In this document: positions 1 through 10,036 of the stretch, in pieces | Numbering within the stretch: the stretch's first letter is position 1 | How the letters are laid out: each line of letters opens with the position of its first letter | From: Sporopachydermia quercuum | Lineage: Eukaryota | Length of the DNA stretch: 64,000 bases | Direction: 5' to 3' | NCBI GenBank assembly: GCA_001599295.1 | Contig: BCGN01000003.1 | Location: forward strand, 1,488,001 to 1,552,000 | Position numbers and translations under genes: made by a program | Notes under the pieces: model-generated | What the model was told of the DNA's origin: nothing | Databases searched by the model: none | Seen by the model: only the letters and a program-made list of their open reading frames with translations

Positions 1-1367
1 TTGAGTCAAGCAATTCAGACACTCAAATTGCATTTAAATTCACTGGAATTGGATTCGAAGATGGGAAAAGATTTAGTAAAGAAATTGCATCTATTTTTGG
101 AGTCGAATTGATAGAAAAAGATATTGTTGGGTTGAAAGAGGCTCAACAAGATACCAGCTTGTTTGATGTTATTGAGTATAGAATGAAGAAGCTTATATGG
201 ACTTAGAAGTGAATTGATAAGGTATGATATAGAGTTGTTGAGAGAATGAATAGTAATGGAATTGGAAAAGAGACAGAAGAAACAGGGAAAGTTGAAACTA
301 TCACCATTGGGGTGTTTATACAATAGATGTTCATTAAAGGATTGTTTCTCAGGTAGGTTATTCAATATACGTGTAGAGTATAACAGATTAACTGTAAGGT
401 ACAATGTGTGTTGTTAGGATCGGGAAAGACTCTCAATTATGTTGAAAATAAGCTAGTTGATCAGAAACTCTTATAATTATTTTCCTTATGAAAATTCTGT
501 AAATATCTCATCACTGTTATAAGTTCTTTTTATATGGTACTTCTACCTTTAACACGGGTTAATGTAAAGTATCCCAAATGAAACCAGTAAGTTAACTAAA
601 TATTGGACTACTACTTTTCACAGTCATTGTAAAACGTCAATGAAAAACGTATAATGAATAAATTGTGAAATGCAATTTCAATTGGGTACATTAATACGTT
701 CGTTTTTTCTCATAGCTCAAAACAAAGTAGCTAAAATATACATCATTAATCATTGGTTAAGTATATACTACAGTATACTTTATGATAACAATTGATACTC
801 TTACACCTCCAATCTTTAATACTTTATATCTAATCATCCATTTAGTGAACCGTACGTTATAAAAGCAAGCAAACATCTGGCAAACACCAGGCACAAATCA
901 TGGTACCCGTCTGACAATCTAACACTACACTGATTGATTAATTGATTATCTGATAACACATCAGGAGATATTTGGATTCATGGCAAAGAAATGAGATATT
1001 GCACTATTAAACTACTAGGAAATAGTGAATGTATGTTTAGATTATGCACATAAATAAGCACAATAGAACCAGATGTCAATAGAAATGGAAAACGTCAGAG
1101 AAAACAACTTAGAGGTAAACAAGCAAACAAAGAAGCAAAAAAAAAGAAGAAACAAAGAAGCAAGTAAGAAGTAGATAAAAAAAAAGTAAATAGTCACCAA
1201 AATGAAATTAATCAACAAACAAGAGGAATAATAACTAATCCGAAGGTAATATCTTCAAGAAACTAATCATTCCACTAGATTATAACATAGTAAACAGACA
1301 GTTCCTACTATCTCTTTCTAATACACTACCTCTTCCTATTCCTTTTCTCTCTTATCCCTTCCATTAA

Positions 1368-3401
1368 TCATTGTCTTAGTGCATTATTATCACTGAATGG
1401 ATCATTGGAATCAGAAACCCTCAAAGTTGCCATTTCACTTGTTATACTTCCTTCATAGCTTTCATCATCCTCTTCTTCATCTTTGTCATCATCATCCTCT
1501 TCACTATCATCGTAATAAAAGGAATCATCTTCGTCTCCTTCTTCATCATCATCTTCACTTTCTTCGCTATCAGCTAAGTCGTCATCTTTGTTCCTACTTA
1601 ATTCATCATACTTCATCAAAGCTGCCACCAGTTCTTCATTAGCATGAATCAATGACCCTAGATACTCTTCATTTTCAATCACTTGTATATATCTTAGAAC
1701 AGCTCTACGTATCTTCTTACATTTATCAAACCAACCACTAGCAATAGGATCTTCAGTGGAAAGGCTCACATCGCGGTTAATCAGTTGAAGAGAGTTTTGT
1801 AGGTTGGTAGCATTAGTTCCTGCTTCGGCCAAAACGGCTTGGATCTTAGGCTTTTCCTTTTGCAGATCAATTGCAGGCCTCGAGATAACAATCTTCTTAT
1901 GTTTCTTTGAGCCCTTTCTCTTGCTTTTCTTAGTATATTTACTGTGGGTATGTGCAGGAGGTTCCTCAGACAGTTGTATGGTAGTTGATTGACTATGAAC
2001 ATGTCTTCTAGAAGGACCTGGCTCACCACCATCATCATCATCAACAGCATCATCAATATCGTCATCATCAACACGTCTCTTTGATGCACTGGGCCGACGA
2101 CGACGATGTTCACCTTCGCTGAGGAAAGTACCATCACCGGTGGAAGTAGCCTTAGCCTTGGCTTTATTTCTTCTTGGTAATGTACTATAAAGTGCAGCTA
2201 GTTCTTCATAACCTTTTTTCCCCTTTAATTCGGAATGCCAGCCAATGAAAAGGCTCACCAGACGCTTTCTTACAGCAGGAGCAGATGACCCTGAGCTGAC
2301 GGTTAGTTTGAGCCTTTCTATTAATCTATCGTCGTTATATAAGGCTGTTGTTATTGTTAGTATTTTGGAGATATGAGTATGAACACTGTAGAATGTGATA
2401 TAAAAGAAAAGTTGAATGATATAATCAATAAATGATATACTTACGTCTCAAACGTCCACCACCATTGGAAACAAGGATTTCAAGGATCTATTGTTCAGAT
2501 TAGATGTTAGTATCAAACAAGAATGATGAAATAAGAGCTTGATATATGAGTAATTGAACCTTGTTCATAGTATTGAGCATGAAAAGATGTTTGAGATGGG
2601 AAGTATAACCGTTGATCCTCAGTAGTATATTTGAATATGAATCAAGAAAATGGGTATGCCATCAGATAACCAAATTCATCCCACTATCAGTACAAGAAAG
2701 ATGCCTTACCTCCTTCTAGTACATCGTGAGAAATTGACAGACAATTCTATCCTCTATAGTGCTGAAATGGTAAGAATCCAAGGTACAGTCAAACCGTCAT
2801 CATATGAGGTGCCCTAATCTGACAACTCCTCTATTCAGTCCTCTCTGCAATTGCCCTGATATTCCAGTTTCAGCAGTTTAGCAGTTCATAAATCGCTAAC
2901 TACGCAATCCATGGAGTGTACTTCAGTCTAACCACAATTTTATTCCTCACGTAATAGAATCAGNGAACCAAATGATCATTTAATTCGTATACATCACTCA
3001 TTTTATTGAGGTATCGCACACCTTATGCAGCTTATACTTGATCTCATACTTCTTACTATTTTCCACTAATCATATTGCATGTCAAATTACTTACGACTAG
3101 TGCTCGCAGCTGCTGATGAACAGACCCGTATTTTAATTTCTTTCTTATAGCTCGCGCTGCTTCTGTAGGACTGTGGAATAGTTAGCAATCTAATAACAAA
3201 ATTCGCTTCTTCCACTCTATTGATTTTCTGTGTCACCAGCTTCACCAACGGCGCTACCAATAACACTTACCCTTCAGTTTGCAAGTATATAGTTTCCAGC
3301 AATTCAGGAATCTCGTCATAATCCTCCAACTCGTATGAATCATCACACAGTCTTTCAACAGTCTGAGTAACTGCTGTATACGGCTTTGAACTTCTAAACA
3401 T
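1368..3401 (-). CDS. LSB5: Lsb5-like VHS/GAT endocytic adaptor, 4 exons, about 408 aa
   Basis: Exons 3401-3271, 3170-3095, 2487-2445 and 2344-1368 join in frame (MFRSSKPYTAVTQTVERLC...GPTEAARAIRKKLKYGSVHQQLRALVILEILVSNGG...). Introns of 100, 607 and 100 nt all have GTAAGT donors, (T/G)CTAAC branch sites and YAG acceptors. GAT-like helices (YLGSLIHANEELVAALMKYD), an acidic tract and a C-terminal DPF. Confidence 0.85.
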
Positions 3402-4586
3402 CTTATATACTCTACGTTTGACTAACTACCTCTGAGTGTCCTCCTATCAAATGATGTTTATGATATCCAAAGCGTTATCAACAACTCTAAACAGGTAACA
3501 ACNAATTTCTGATTTAATTGAATAGTGTAGATGCTTTTCCTTTCTATATCCAATTGGAGGTATCAGGCTAGTCCTTGTCGTTGTTGAAGTATGAATTACG
3601 CTGAAATGAGACCTGCAGTATGGTGATTTTGACAGCTGACTTCTTTTTAGGCTGTGTGAGCTTCCAGCAGGCCGAGTCTTATCTATGTCCTCGAAGATGT
3701 TGTAGACTATAAGATAATTAGTTTACTATGTGGTATGAATATGTTATTCGTATACGAAGGGCAGTTAATTGTGAACTAGGAATGGTCGATGACCACGGTG
3801 CAGAAAGCCCACAGAAAGCTGTTTATGATAACGAATGTGGAAACAGAGGGGAGAAGGAGAGATAGATAGAGATGTCGGAAACGATGAAGAAAAAAGGGGG
3901 GGGTGCAGAANATGATAAGGATTAGGAGGAATTGTTAGCAAGATCGAGGGAATTTAAGGGGAGATTTTGTAAGTTAAACATGATAATTTTGAGCTTGCGA
4001 GTGAGATTTTAGCATTATCCAAAGGAAAATGTTCTCTGTTTGATTATTTTGCCAGTGAATGGAAGGCAATCAACGAGTCTGATTCTAATGTTAGCGAGAG
4101 AGGCTGACTGAATAGCGGAAACTGTATTGATCGAACTTTCAAGAACGCTTCCAACTCTAATGTTATGAAATTGTTGCTGCATAACTGTGCATAGTATCAC
4201 CGGCTTCAGTGCGAGAGAAATCATAGTAAGCTGCCAACTGTCCGATCAGTGGAAAATCATTGAAAACAATAGTAAATTCTCTACAACACCAGAAATTCGA
4301 TCCCATTTACTCCTTTTTCAGTAATACCCTCTTGCTCATAACTGATACCAACAGTTCACTGCTACACATTCTCTTCTCCATTTCTTTCCACCTGACTCCC
4401 GACATTTCTCACTTAATATAATATGATCACATAATCATTAAACATATGACAATCTTTCTTCAAAATTCCGACATTTAGGATTTCTCTTCTCTGACATCAC
4501 ACGGAAGGCAAACACAAATCAATACATAAATCATTATAGATTCCCAGTCTCTTACTACCTATCAATCAATAGTGTCAACTAGAAGT

Positions 4587-4988
4587 ATGCCGAATTTGCT
4601 TTTTGTGGCAGTTGTTCTTTTCTTCGTTTTCAAGTTGTTTGGTTTATTTAGAAATTTCTTCAGTACCTCTTCCAAGATGGTGTCTGCAGCTATTAAAGAA
4701 AAGGTTGAATACCTTATCAAGGAAAAGCCAATTTTTGTCGCATCCAAGTCCTACTGCCCTTACTGCAACAGGGCCAAAAGCACATTGAAATCCTTAGGTG
4801 CTGAGCCGTATATTTTGGAATTGGATACTATTGCTGATGGAGCGGAAATTCAAGACGCTTTGAAAGAAATTACTGGTCAATCAACTGTTCCAAACATTTT
4901 CATCAACTCTGAACATATAGGAGGAAATTCTGATTTGCAGGCTTTGAACTCAACCGGCAAGTTGGAAGAATTGTTAGCTAAGTTATAG
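4587..4988 (+). CDS. GRX2: Dithiol glutaredoxin (CPYC) with hydrophobic N-terminal extension
   Basis: SKSYCPYC active site, TVPNIFI and GGNSDL motifs. First ATG at 4587; second in-frame ATG at 4677 (MVSAAIKEKV). Confidence 0.9.
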   Translation: MPNLLFVAVVLFFVFKLFGLFRNFFSTSSKMVSAAIKEKVEYLIKEKPIFVASKSYCPYCNRAKSTLKSLGAEPYILELDTIADGAEIQDALKEITGQSTVPNIFINSEHIGGNSDLQALNSTGKLEELLAKL

Positions 4989-5230
4989 TCTAATCTATCA
5001 AATTGGTGACGAAATATTATTTGATAGAAGCAGGATATCGTTAGTATGTCAAGTGGGAAGCATGATGGTGACATGATGTTTCTATCTATTTACAAATTCT
5101 ATAATTAACATGCAGAATCTGGTTAACCAATTCAATCTTCAGGACTATACTATCGTGGGCACCATTGGACACTTATTATAGACAATCATATAACTAATTA
5201 ATTCTATAAACAGGTATACAATATTAGTTT

Positions 5231-7636
5231 CTATTTTTCAAAAGTGTACCCCAGACTTTCTAATCTGATTTTCACAGCATTTCTGTGGGCATCTAATCCT
5301 TCAACAGCAGCCAAAGCCATAACAGCTTTACCTATGCTTTCAATACCTTCTCTATTTAATTCCTGACTGGTGATAAACTTCTGGAATGTAGCAGTGTTAA
5401 CACCAGAATACATTCTAGCATAGCCGTAGGTAGGGAGTGTATGGTTGGTACCACTTGAGTAATCACCACATGATTCTGGTGAAAAAGGACCAACGAACAC
5501 TGATCCAGCATGTTCGACTTTAGAAACATAACTAGAAGCATCCTTGATTTGTAGAATTAAATGCTCTGGTCCATAGACATTACTGAGCTCAATGGCTTCA
5601 TCATAATCTTTAACATTAATAACACTGGAGTGGGCCAAACATTTCTTAACGATTTCAACTCTTGGAAGTAGTAAAGCTTGTCTCTTAACTTCAGCTTCAA
5701 CCTTTTCTATTTCAGCGCTTGTCATATTAACAGCAAGTAGTACGACTTGTGAATCAACACCGTGTTCAGCTTGAGATAGTAAATCAGCGGCAACAAAACC
5801 GGCATCAGCATATTTGTCAGCAATAACTAACACTTCACTAGGCCCAGCGGGCATATCGATTGACACCATGGCAGAGTTATCGTTTTGAACGTACATCTTG
5901 GCAGCTGTTACGAATTGGTTACCAGGGCCAAAGATCTTATCAACTTTAGGTACAGACTCAGTACCATAAGCTAAGGAGGCGACTGCTTGAGCACCACCGG
6001 CAAGCACAATACCCTTAGCACCAACCTTGTGAGCTACATAAACGATTTCTGGGGTCAAAGTACCATCTGATCTTGGTGGAGATGCAAAATAGATATTCTT
6101 TACACCAGCAACTTTAGCCGGAACACCCAGCATCAAAGCTGTAGAAGGAAGTACGGCAGTCCCACCAGGAATATATAAACCAACAGATTCAATAGCACGA
6201 GCATATCTTGAACAGAACACACCGGGAGCTGTCTCAACGTCTTTTAAGTCAGCAGAAAGTTGAGCAGAATGGAACTTTTCAACATTGCTGATAGATAAAT
6301 CAATAGCGTCCCTTACTTCCGGTTCAATCTTCATCAACTCTTCAGGGAAAGGTGCTTTCAGAATAGGAGATTGCAATCTAACCTTTTCAAACTTCTCAGT
6401 GAAAGATAAGAGAGCCTCATCACCCTTTTCTTTAATGGCTGTGATAATAGGAACTACGAGTTTCATGATGCTTTCGGATTTCTGAATAGGACGTGTGAGA
6501 GCTTGGCAGATTTCTTCTTGTGAGCTTTCGCTAGTAGACAACACTTCAAGTCTTAAATCTTCGATAGTAGCAGGAATGGCAGCTACAGGTTCTGGTTCAG
6601 CCTCTGCATCATTGGCTTTAGTAATATATTGTGGTTTAGCATCACCTTTTCTTCTGGTGACCTTCAAATGCTTAACATCAATGTTTCTTTCAATGTCAGC
6701 TAAAGTGACACCATCCCTGACAGCTCTGGCCAAAGCAAAATATAACAAATCAGCAGCTTCCCAAGCAATTTCTTCTTTAGATTTAGCTTCAATTAATTCA
6801 TCTGCTTCTTCTTTGATTTTAGCTGCCAGTAACCTTTCATCATTGAATATTCTCTTAGTATATGACCCCTCTGGTGCAGTTTCCTTGCGAGATAGCAACA
6901 CTTTTTCTAACTTGGCAAGTCCCTTTAAATCACCGAAACAAGTATCTTGTTCTAAGTGACAGAATCCGACACCGGATTGTTCAACAACGAACTTCAAACA
7001 GTCAGAATCACAGTCATAGTCTACATACAAAAGCTTTTGGGTTGCTCCTGAAGTAGCTCCCTTATACCATAAGCCATGCTTTCTTGATTGATAAACACCA
7101 GTTCCGGTTTTCAAGGCTTCTGAGATGGATTTCTCCGACGAGTAAACCAATCCCAAGCAATTGTTACTACCATCAACGACTAAAGAAGTGAATAGACCAT
7201 CTGGCCTATCGGTGGTGATTCTAGAAACAACAGCTGCGGCAACAGACACCTTTGAAGCGTCATCTCCAACAGTTAACTCATCAGCACTGATGATAAATAT
7301 TTGTTCCGATCCAGAGGTAGGAGCATCAACAATCACATACTTATCACTCAGAATTCGTCCTTGTGGTATTCCATTGGCTACTAATTCTTGTGCTTTCTCT
7401 TGAGATCCAACCAAAATGCCGCTGACACCGGAGTTCAGAACATCAACTGCCAATTGAACAAATTCGTCAACAGCGGTAGAAATACCAGCATAAACAGTGA
7501 TGTAGTTCGGTAGCTGTGCCACGAATGATTTCAGCTCATCGGCATTATTAACATCCTTCACGAAAATAGATCCAAGGACAAATAAACTGTCATCTACCTT
7601 ATCGCCTAGACTGTAGGCGGGAACGATAGGTAACAT
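5231..7636 (-). CDS. HIS4: Trifunctional histidine biosynthesis protein (HisI/HisE/HisD)
   Basis: GVYQSRKHGLWYKGATSG and DCDSDCL...GFCH (cyclohydrolase), KIKEEADEL (pyrophosphatase), FGPGNQFV, AGPSEVL, QAEHG and GDYSSGTNHTLPT (histidinol dehydrogenase). First ATG at 7636. Confidence 0.98.
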   Translation of the reverse strand: MLPIVPAYSLGDKVDDSLFVLGSIFVKDVNNADELKSFVAQLPNYITVYAGISTAVDEFVQLAVDVLNSGVSGILVGSQEKAQELVANGIPQGRILSDKYVIVDAPTSGSEQIFIISADELTVGDDASKVSVAAAVVSRITTDRPDGLFTSLVVDGSNNCLGLVYSSEKSISEALKTGTGVYQSRKHGLWYKGATSGATQKLLYVDYDCDSDCLKFVVEQSGVGFCHLEQDTCFGDLKGLAKLEKVLLSRKETAPEGSYTKRIFNDERLLAAKIKEEADELIEAKSKEEIAWEAADLLYFALARAVRDGVTLADIERNIDVKHLKVTRRKGDAKPQYITKANDAEAEPEPVAAIPATIEDLRLEVLSTSESSQEEICQALTRPIQKSESIMKLVVPIITAIKEKGDEALLSFTEKFEKVRLQSPILKAPFPEELMKIEPEVRDAIDLSISNVEKFHSAQLSADLKDVETAPGVFCSRYARAIESVGLYIPGGTAVLPSTALMLGVPAKVAGVKNIYFASPPRSDGTLTPEIVYVAHKVGAKGIVLAGGAQAVASLAYGTESVPKVDKIFGPGNQFVTAAKMYVQNDNSAMVSIDMPAGPSEVLVIADKYADAGFVAADLLSQAEHGVDSQVVLLAVNMTSAEIEKVEAEVKRQALLLPRVEIVKKCLAHSSVINVKDYDEAIELSNVYGPEHLILQIKDASSYVSKVEHAGSVFVGPFSPESCGDYSSGTNHTLPTYGYARMYSGVNTATFQKFITSQELNREGIESIGKAVMALAAVEGLDAHRNAVKIRLESLGYTFEK

Positions 7637-7808
7637 CTTTTTACAATATCTTCTTCCCAATTCGTTGCTTAGTACGAACAGGTCTTATGGAACTGTTGAT
7701 ATTGATAATGCAAGCTATACAAGCTATATAAATATCAGTAAATAATAGAAAAGGAAAGGATTTCTCTGGTAAGTATTCAAAAGAAAGGATGATGAAAAAA
7801 GTTAATAG

Positions 7809-7900
7809 ATTAGTCATTAATGTGCGTAGAATGTCATTCCACGCCATGGAAGTTTGTGCACCTTGAAGAAAAAATTGTACAAGAGTGAAAAATGACACAT
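7809..7900. promoter_or_regulatory. Two near-consensus Gcn4/AP-1-type sites upstream of HIS4
   Basis: ATTAGTCAT (7809-7817) and ATGACACAT (7892-7900), each one mismatch from ATGA(C/G)TCAT, 170-265 bp upstream of the HIS4 ATG. HIS4 is a classic Gcn4 target. Confidence 0.45.
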
Positions 7901-8456
7901 TACTAAGTAAGAATGCCAGAATGAGATATGGGACTAAACGGGGGCTCACTGGAGACAAGAAAGATAAGAAAGATAAGGAATAAGAAAGACTGGAATACTG
8001 AGAAAGAATGTTTTGAGATACAAAATAAAGGTTGTTTCTATTTGATTTGAATATTTCTGGTGTGGTTTAAGTATTTGAAGATAATGAAATTTATAATTTT
8101 ATAATCTGATGACTAGTCTGCAATTCATGGGACTGCAAATATGGATGGTTTATCGCAACCTAGTTGTGCTCGTTGGTATGGAATGTATTACTCTTTTGAG
8201 CTAGCTCACAAAGTTTACTTATATATTTTAGCTTGCTTTCAAAGTTCCCTTGCATGAACTTACAGTTAGAATCAGAAACAAGCAATGATGAAGTTTATAT
8301 ACAGCTAATCAAAACGATAGACGGAAACTAACAATATAATGTCAGATCAATAACTATTAAATAGGAATAAAGAGAATTATTTTAAATTCATTGATGCTTA
8401 TTATTTATTGTCACCAGTAAACCATAAGAATTTCACCCAAGCTATTAATCGAACCT

Positions 8457-9565
8457 TTAGTCTTCAGATTCATGAAAACAACGATTCAATCTTATAAAGT
8501 AATTATTGTGAGAGCCCAACGATAAAAGGCTAGGCAAGTCTACATCCTGAAAGTACCCTTGTCCTGAATCAGTGTCAGATTTACCATGTATTTTTTTATC
8601 CCAAATGTACGCATTATTTATCTTGATAGGAAGACTGTCTTGATTGAGGATAATCTCAACTCCTGAATGATGGTATGGGAAGGTGGGAATCAGAGGAACA
8701 ATATCATTAGCTTTTGTCACACGAATGAAGTTGCAGATGTAACCTTCGTCTAAACATTTAAGCGTTTGGGAGTAATAAAATACGTTGGTGTCAACCCATT
8801 CGCAAAAATATTTATTCCCAATCCTTGGGGCGCCATAAGTTATAACGGAAAACTCCTCAATTTCATAATCTGTTTTCAGTGTGATACCTGCAAATTCAGC
8901 AGCAGCACCTCCTAACGAATGGCCGCTAATAACTAGTTTGTACTCCTCATCATAAGATTCAAGTGCCTCTTTTAGATATGGTATAATTTTGCTCAAGGCA
9001 ACGGTTGTAGCTCTTTGAAAACCTTTATGAACTTTACAGTGCTTGCATCTCTTCTTATAAACTTTGTTATACGGAAGTGGGAAGATCATCGCATCGGCTG
9101 CCCAATCACCGGAAGTAACACTACCTCTAAAAACAAAATGAATAGTCTTAGATTTATGATCAATAGCTAGAAAACATGAAACCTCGGTATCAAATTTTTT
9201 AGCTTCACTGACATAAAGGTAGTCAAGATGTTCATAATGCCTGTCTAATGCAGATCTAATTATCTCAGCAGTTTCAAATGGAGTAGTTGGAATGCAATAG
9301 CTAATACTGTTAGTAAGACTATTATTCCTTATCTTCTCTCCAGAAAAATTAATATGTATATGTATCTTTATGACTTCTTTACTTACCTCAAACTAGTGAC
9401 CTCAGCAAGTACCTTCAACTGATCAAAAACAGATNTGCATAATCTATCAAGTCCTTTAAGCTGTTTATTATTCAGCTCTGGAAATGGAATAAATCCTTTA
9501 CTGACCATAGCCAAAGATATGAGAAACCTTGTAGCCAAAATAATGAACCTATATGACAATCTCAT
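8457..9565 (-). CDS. Class 3 lipase (alpha/beta hydrolase), probably secreted, 2 exons, about 340 aa
   Basis: Exons 9565-9387 and 9300-8457; 86-nt intron GTAAGT...TACTAAC...TAG. Motifs LSYC, FVFRGS, VHKGF, GHSLGG, TYGAPRIGN, NDIVP and SHNNYF; hydrophobic N-terminus. Confidence 0.88.
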
Positions 9566-10036
9566 TGCTAAATAAATAATATAAATTAAGGCTGTAAACT
9601 GCAAAGTCTTCGCTGCATGTTTTAACAAAGCTTTTGATAAATCATCAGTGATTGAAGATGCTTCCTATGGATCTTGAGGGTGGTAAGAAGCATAAGAAAC
9701 ACAGGGTAACAGTGCAATTAGAATGCAAGAACTTTTTTTATTTTTTGTTTACCATGTTGACAATTGATTGAATTTATACATGAATTCTCATCATATGTTT
9801 AGGATGATATAATACCAGATATCAGAAACAAGCATGGAGTATATTTTTCTGGTCATAGTATTATTTCAAATAAAGTTTAAGATTTGGTGTTTCTTAAAAA
9901 TGTTCTTTGCCTTAACATTAATTCAGCTATTGAACTTAAAAATCTTATTCCAGATACAGATATTGGAAAATTGCCAGTATCCCTCATTTCTCATTAAACC
10001 AAGTTATAAATATATACAAATGTGGTTAGATTCCAC

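Noticed and set aside
15..404. 129-aa minus-strand ORF
   Set aside because: TTG start; the composition mirrors a purine/pyrimidine-skewed non-coding tract; no motifs.
2685..2805. Possible C/D snoRNA (ATGATGA...CTGA) in the 607-nt LSB5 intron
   Set aside because: No terminal stem, no C'/D' boxes and no rRNA-complementary guide that I can recognise.
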